DNA from: Cenarchaeum sp.
Lineage (GTDB): Archaea > Thermoproteota > Nitrososphaeria > Nitrososphaerales > Nitrosopumilaceae
Length of the DNA stretch: 64,000 nt
Direction: 5' to 3'
Assembly: GCA_963693095.2 (NCBI GenBank)
Contig: OY843768.1
Coordinates: forward strand, 96,001 to 160,000
In this document: positions 59,472 through 64,000 of the stretch, piece by piece
Layout of the letters: each line of letters opens with the position of its first letter
Position numbering within the stretch: position 1 is the stretch's first letter
Notes under the pieces: generated by a model
Database searches by the model: none
The model's input: the letters and a program-made list of their open reading frames with translations, nothing else
Told to the model about the DNA's origin: nothing
Translations under genes and position numbers: made by a program

Positions 59472-60068
59472 GTGAGACTCTGTGGCCTGTTGAATAAAAC
59501 ACGTGCCGATCCATTATCCGTCCCAGAGTCACTCCTTGCCGCCTCCATGCGCAATGTGCCGCATCGGGGCGCGTTGCCCCTCACTCCGGATATCTTTCCG
59601 CCGATCCCTCAGAGCCGCCCCAAGAAGATCCGCAAAAAGTCAGCCTTGCCAACACCTGACATCGCCTCGTCTATCCTTGCCGCCTCCATGCGCAATGTGC
59701 CGCATCGGGGCGTCCCTCCGTTCACGGTAGCCTCGTATATGTCACGGCAGCAGCACCCCTCTGGGAATCTGCCTGGTAAACCAATGGTGCCCTCCTCACG
59801 CTTTGACACGGTGGACACTAGCACGGCAAACTCCGTGTCCATTGAGGAATCGCATGGGCGAGGCCGCGTCGCGGCCAATTCGTTCTCCAAGGGAATCGTT
59901 TTCCTGATCGCCGCGGCGCTTTTCATCTATCTGGTCTACCGTAAATACCGCCGTCATCGTGTAGAACGTCAAAAACGCCGTGAGCTGAGCATTCTCAAGA
60001 ACGAGCGCCGTGCAGGACGCCAAGAGCTCAAAACGCGCAAATCAAAGAGCCGCAAACAGCGGAAATGA
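59472..60068 (+). CDS. Hypothetical membrane-anchored protein or fragment with internal repeat
   Basis: LAASMRNVPHRG twice; one TM then basic tail; start unclear. Confidence 0.4.
   Translation: MRLCGLLNKTRADPLSVPESLLAASMRNVPHRGALPLTPDIFPPIPQSRPKKIRKKSALPTPDIASSILAASMRNVPHRGVPPFTVASYMSRQQHPSGNLPGKPMVPSSRFDTVDTSTANSVSIEESHGRGRVAANSFSKGIVFLIAAALFIYLVYRKYRRHRVERQKRRELSILKNERRAGRQELKTRKSKSRKQRK
59533..59712 (+). repeat. 39-bp perfect direct repeat (59533-59571 and 59674-59712)
   Basis: TCCTTGCCGCCTCCATGCGCAATGTGCCGCATCGGGGCG twice, 141 bp apart. Confidence 0.92.
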
Positions 60069-60129
60069 CGGCAATGCCACCGTATGCAACGCGCCCTTGC
60101 CAATCACCCTGGTGCGGCGCACGCACCCT

Positions 60130-60414
60130 ATGTTCGCGGCTGGATGGTTGCATTTGAGCTATCATTGGGGCGCGCCGGTACAGGATCACCCTGTAACATC
60201 GTACATATGGGAAGAGTTTTTCTGGGTCACGTTTGATGTCACGACATGGCTGATCCTCCTCATCGTCGTTGGGATCAGCGCGCGATTTGTGCGGATCAGT
60301 GTGCGCGAGCGCCGCGTGTCCGAGGGCACAGAGGACATTTCACGGGGAATGGAAGAGAACATTCGCGACATTCTGCGCGAGACCTATCTGTTCCTGTTTC
60401 CGTGGACCAGATGA
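60130..60414 (+). CDS. Small membrane protein
   Basis: Hydrophobic WLILLIVVGIS segment; start uncertain. Confidence 0.4.
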   Translation: MFAAGWLHLSYHWGAPVQDHPVTSYIWEEFFWVTFDVTTWLILLIVVGISARFVRISVRERRVSEGTEDISRGMEENIRDILRETYLFLFPWTR

Positions 60415-60453
60415 CGCCGGCGCCCTGCTGCGCAATGTGGCGCACCGCGCGCA

Positions 60454-61392
60454 CTAGGTGATGATGACTGCTGACATGGCGGGGTCAATGGATGCCCCCA
60501 TGGCATAGCGCGCGCCAATCCTGCACTCGCCGCCACTGTTGCCAATGATGACCTCTAGGGTGCTCAGTGCCACGCTGACCGAGCCCCTTGCGGCAACGAG
60601 CACGCTGTCCCAGCCCGTGCCCGCCGCGTCCCCAAACGCGGGGCTCACCACCACGCTCACCCCGTCGACCTCCATCTCTCCGGCCCACAGGTCATTGCTG
60701 TCAAACAGCAGCCTTGCCTGCCTTGGGGAGGCCACGCAGAACAGCCCGTGCGGAAACCTCGTGCCGTGGTTGGCGTCAGCTATTGCCCGTGCGGCCCTTA
60801 GGACATCGGCGCCCTCTAGCGCGCCGCTCTCGCCGACATCACGGGTTCTCCTCTTGTCGTCCATGCGCAGCGTCCTTGCGAGCATTGGCCCGTCTGAGCG
60901 AATCAGGCTGGAGCGAACCGCGCGCTCGACGTCGAGGAGAACCTCGTCACGTATGGACGCGAGCATGTCGCGCGCCACGTTGGAGCCGTCCTCAGCCAGG
61001 GCATCCTGGCTGACATTGTGCCATATGCCCTCCTGCACGGAGAACTCGGTCTCCACGACACGGTGCGTCCTCGTGCCGGCCTTGACCCCGAGCGCCTCGC
61101 GCGTCCTGTGCGGGGCACCGAGGGCTATGCGACCATGCGTTCCGTCGGCGTTCACGCCCACCTCAGTCACGCTGGCATGGTCGATCACCGAGTCGCGTGC
61201 CGTGGGCATTATGCGCCCAATGGGAACCTGCCACGAGACGGCGCCTCCCTCGCCGAGCTCCCCGGCCCCATCGCCGAGTATGCCCCTGACGGCAGGCCAC
61301 ATGGGCTCGCCGCTCCTGAACGCGCCTGTGATCGAGTAGCATATTGCGTCCCATCCTGCGCTACTGTCATCCTGTCCCTCCATTGCGGACAC
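60454..61392 (-). CDS. Capsid-like protein (probable HK97 fold; viral MCP or encapsulin-like)
   Basis: Motif order recognised by eye: VSQDALAE..NV, long helix, DVLRAARAI, CVASPRQ..LL, GVSVVVS, GSVSVA..LEV, ARYAMGASIDP..AVII. Confidence 0.5.
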   Translation of the reverse strand: MSAMEGQDDSSAGWDAICYSITGAFRSGEPMWPAVRGILGDGAGELGEGGAVSWQVPIGRIMPTARDSVIDHASVTEVGVNADGTHGRIALGAPHRTREALGVKAGTRTHRVVETEFSVQEGIWHNVSQDALAEDGSNVARDMLASIRDEVLLDVERAVRSSLIRSDGPMLARTLRMDDKRRTRDVGESGALEGADVLRAARAIADANHGTRFPHGLFCVASPRQARLLFDSNDLWAGEMEVDGVSVVVSPAFGDAAGTGWDSVLVAARGSVSVALSTLEVIIGNSGGECRIGARYAMGASIDPAMSAVIIT

Positions 61393-61498
61393 TGCGCACG
61401 GGGCATATTTGAACCATGGCCGCAGCTCTGGCGCGCAACGCCGTGCGCACGATGCGGGGTAAATGGTTAAAAGAAGCGCACCCTCGCCGGCTGCGCAC

Positions 61499-61573
61499 GG
61501 GCCAGTGGTTTAGTGGTATAATGCCGCGTTCGCAACGCGGAAGTCAGGGGTTCAATTCCCCTCTGGTCCACCA
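61499..61573 (+). tRNA. tRNA-Ala(CGC) with encoded CCA
   Basis: Acceptor stem GGGCCAG/CTGGTCC with G3:U70; anticodon arm CCGCG-TTCGCAA-CGCGG; T arm GGTTCAATTCC; TTAAAA box upstream. Confidence 0.95.
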
Positions 61574-61585
61574 CATGATCTACGC

Positions 61586-62983
61586 CTAGGCGCCGGCTGC
61601 GCACCTGTTCGGACCGGCCTCGAGGTCGGGGATCATTGCGGGGTTTAGCGGCATCGAGCCGCGATTGAAGCGGATTATCATCGAATAGTTTGGCGGCTTT
61701 GGCGGGATCGATGCCGTCACCCTCTTGACAAACTCTGCCCTCTCGGCACCATAGAGCTCGCCTGACTTTAGCGCACCGACGCCGATGCCGTACGAGCCGT
61801 CTGGCGACGGCGTGGCGTCCTCTGACCTGTGTGACGGGAGTATGAGCGTGCCCTCGGGCAGCGCGCCGAGCCTCGAGTGGATTGTGTCATGCAGCTCGCC
61901 GGCGGCGGACTCGGCGTCCTCGTGGAGGTCAGGCCTCCCGACACCGCCGGCAAACGCCGTGTCGCCGCAGAACGCAAGGCTTTCGGTGACATATGCCATG
62001 CTGCCCGGCGTGTGGCCCGGCACGCGCATCGCGCGCAGCTCGCCCTCGCCAAACCGTATCGCATCACCGTCGCCAATGCGCTCGCACTCTATGTCGTATT
62101 TCTCGCCGGCGCTAAGGTAGAGCTTTGCGCCAGTCGATGCCGCAAGCTCCCTTGATGCCGATATGTGGTCTGCGTGGCAGTGCGTGTCGGCGACTGCGAC
62201 GATCTCGGCTCCGGCGTCAGCGGCAATCCTCGCGTACGCGCCGACGGGGTGCACTGCGTCGATGACTGCGGCCTTGGCCCCGCTTGCGACAATGTACGAG
62301 AGGCAGCCCTTGCCGACCTTTTCGACCTGGATGACCTCCACGCTGCCACTCGATATCTTTTTGGGGACAAGAACCTGGCTCCAGCCGGCCATGCCGCCGT
62401 CAAGTGACGTCGACTCTATGCCGTTTCGCGCAAGCGCAAACGTGGCGACCATTGAGCGGTTGCCATGCGAGCATATCGTGACGACCTTTTTGTCCCTCGG
62501 TATGGCATCACACGCGCCCTTTTCAAAGAGCTTTGCCAGCGGCACGTTGACTGCGCCGTCGATCATGTGGGCCGCGCACTCGTCAGGCTCCCTGACATCG
62601 AGGAGAAACACGTCACTGCGGCTCTGCCAGAGCTCGTCACCGGAGATGAGCGGGCTGTGCGAGCCCTTTACGGTCTGGCCTGCCCAGCCGGCCATGCCGC
62701 CCTCGAGGTGGTGCGCGTCGATGCCAAACTGGGCCATCATGCCGGCGTTGCGAGACGACTCTGCCCCGTCGGCGTCGATGAGGACCACCTTTGAGCCGCG
62801 CGGCATCTTTGCCATGATGATCTGCTTTTGCTGCATCGAGCCGCAGCGCGCGTTGGCCGCGCCCCTCACGTGGCCGGCCACATAGTCGTCAGCAGGCCGC
62901 ATGTCGAGTATCATCGTGCCGTCGCCTGCGGCGATGATCGACTCTAGGTCGCCTGCGCTGATTCCCGTGCCCATTGCGGGCAT
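61586..62983 (-). CDS. Double rhodanese plus MBL-fold hydrolase fusion (persulfide dioxygenase-like)
   Basis: LDMR..GHVRGA, LDVREP..CSHGNRS, THCHADHIS, PGHTPGS, GDT.F..GVGRPDL. Confidence 0.88.
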   Translation of the reverse strand: MPAMGTGISAGDLESIIAAGDGTMILDMRPADDYVAGHVRGAANARCGSMQQKQIIMAKMPRGSKVVLIDADGAESSRNAGMMAQFGIDAHHLEGGMAGWAGQTVKGSHSPLISGDELWQSRSDVFLLDVREPDECAAHMIDGAVNVPLAKLFEKGACDAIPRDKKVVTICSHGNRSMVATFALARNGIESTSLDGGMAGWSQVLVPKKISSGSVEVIQVEKVGKGCLSYIVASGAKAAVIDAVHPVGAYARIAADAGAEIVAVADTHCHADHISASRELAASTGAKLYLSAGEKYDIECERIGDGDAIRFGEGELRAMRVPGHTPGSMAYVTESLAFCGDTAFAGGVGRPDLHEDAESAAGELHDTIHSRLGALPEGTLILPSHRSEDATPSPDGSYGIGVGALKSGELYGAERAEFVKRVTASIPPKPPNYSMIIRFNRGSMPLNPAMIPDLEAGPNRCAAGA

Positions 62984-63131
62984 GGCGATTCATGCCAAAT
63001 TTAGCGTTTTGCCATGGGCTGCCTGTGGCTTGACGGTATGCGCACACGCGTGCCTGTCCGGGGCCGTCGGCACCGTGCGTGCGCGCGGCTGCGGCGACAC
63101 GATTTTACAAGGCGCAGCCCGTGCGCGCCCC

Positions 63132-64000
63132 ATGCGGCCCGCGCATGTCCTCCTCGTGCTGGCGATCCTGGTGATCCCGTGCGCAGCGTCTGCGCAGATC
63201 ATCTCGCCGGGCGACCCCGTCGAGCCCCCGCGGGGCCAGCAGGGCACGCCTGGCCTTATCCCCGATCCGGTCGGGCGCACCGGCGCACTCTTGCCGACGC
63301 CGACCCCGCAGGGAGGCGCACAGGACGGCCCTGCGGCGCAGGGCCTCTGGGTCTCGCACGCGCGCATGTCAGTCGCGCGCTCTGAGGTCGCCGTCGTCGC
63401 AGTCGATGACACGGTCTACGTTATCGCCGGACTCGACGCTGACGGCCGCGCGACGCGCACGCTGGAGGCATACGACACTGTGTCTGGAACGTGGAGCACG
63501 CGCGCACCGGCCCCCGATGCGCTGCACCATGCGGCCGCCGCGACTGATGGTGCGCTAGTCTATGTCGTTGGCGGATACACGCCCTTTGGCATTCCGTCAT
63601 CATCGCTATACGTGTATGATCCGCTCGATGACTCGTGGTCGTCCGGCCCAAACATGCCAACTGCGCGCGGGGCGCTCGCCGCCGCGTTTGTTGGCACGAG
63701 CCTGTATGCGCTTGGCGGTGCGGCATACGGCAGGGCACTTGACACCGCCGAGGTGTATGACACGTCGACGGGAACGTGGGACACGATCGCGCCCATGCCG
63801 ACTGCACGCGACCATCTTGCGGCAGCCACACTTGACGCGCGCGTGCATGCGATCGGCGGGCGCAACATATCGCTCTCATCGAACACCGGTGCGCACGAGG
63901 CGTACAGTGCGGCACTCGGAGCCTGGGAGGAGCTAGACGGCCTGCCCACGCCGCGCGGCGGGCTGGCCGCAGCGTCCATCGGCGGCAGCATATTTGTCAT
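63132..64000 (+). CDS. Secreted Kelch-repeat protein (partial, runs off window)
   Basis: Not in ORF track; signal MRPAHVLLVLAILVIPCAASA, Pro-rich linker, repeats with VY(V/A)(I/V/L)GG...YD...W..MPTAR. Confidence 0.88.
   Translation, partial: MRPAHVLLVLAILVIPCAASAQIISPGDPVEPPRGQQGTPGLIPDPVGRTGALLPTPTPQGGAQDGPAAQGLWVSHARMSVARSEVAVVAVDDTVYVIAGLDADGRATRTLEAYDTVSGTWSTRAPAPDALHHAAAATDGALVYVVGGYTPFGIPSSSLYVYDPLDDSWSSGPNMPTARGALAAAFVGTSLYALGGAAYGRALDTAEVYDTSTGTWDTIAPMPTARDHLAAATLDARVHAIGGRNISLSSNTGAHEAYSAALGAWEELDGLPTPRGGLAAASIGGSIFV

Noticed and set aside
59533-59712. CRISPR array
   Set aside because: Only two full copies, a 102-bp interval, in-frame coding context and no cas genes
57700-61573. 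Complete provirus integrated at tRNA-Ala
   Set aside because: No integrase, packaging or replication genes and no duplicated tRNA fragment found by eye
106-64000. Numerous long antisense or alternative-frame ORFs in the track (e.g. 39506-40687, 35639-36535, 2795-3637, 60539-61339)
   Set aside because: Shadow ORFs of GC-rich genes; Ser/Arg/Pro-rich with no motifs

Overview
High-GC chromosomal window from an ammonia-oxidising archaeon (Nitrososphaerota/Thaumarchaeota), identified by amoC, an archaeal DnaG, Csl4, thermosome, L44e/S27e/L37e and a LysW-type Lys/Arg cluster. The high GC content and the secreted HYR, protease and Kelch proteins suggest a host-associated (sponge-symbiont-like) Nitrosopumilaceae lineage; that is an inference. 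Most of the window is housekeeping: flavin, diphthamide, Lys/Arg, Leu, Phe, purine, pterin and cobalamin genes. Accessory segments are (i) a secreted tandem-repeat/HYR gene with an in-frame TAG, (ii) a HYR/trypsin-like protease gene, (iii) an AT-rich membrane-protein gene plus a decayed tandem duplicate, (iv) an intact IS630 beside an AT-rich type III R-M island, and (v) seven tightly coupled micro-ORFs and a lone capsid-like (probable HK97-fold) gene next to tRNA-Ala(CGC). The strongest signal is a C11 homopolymer 12 codons into the type III mod gene that puts its ATG out of frame (C9 or C12 restores it): a candidate archaeal phase-variable methyltransferase, if not a sequencing error. Other leads are a LysW ending EDWGQ, a solitary amoC with a Fur-box-like palindrome upstream, and a recurrent TGGCCA-centred palindrome at accessory-gene borders. 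All product calls come from motif recognition by eye; no searches were run.
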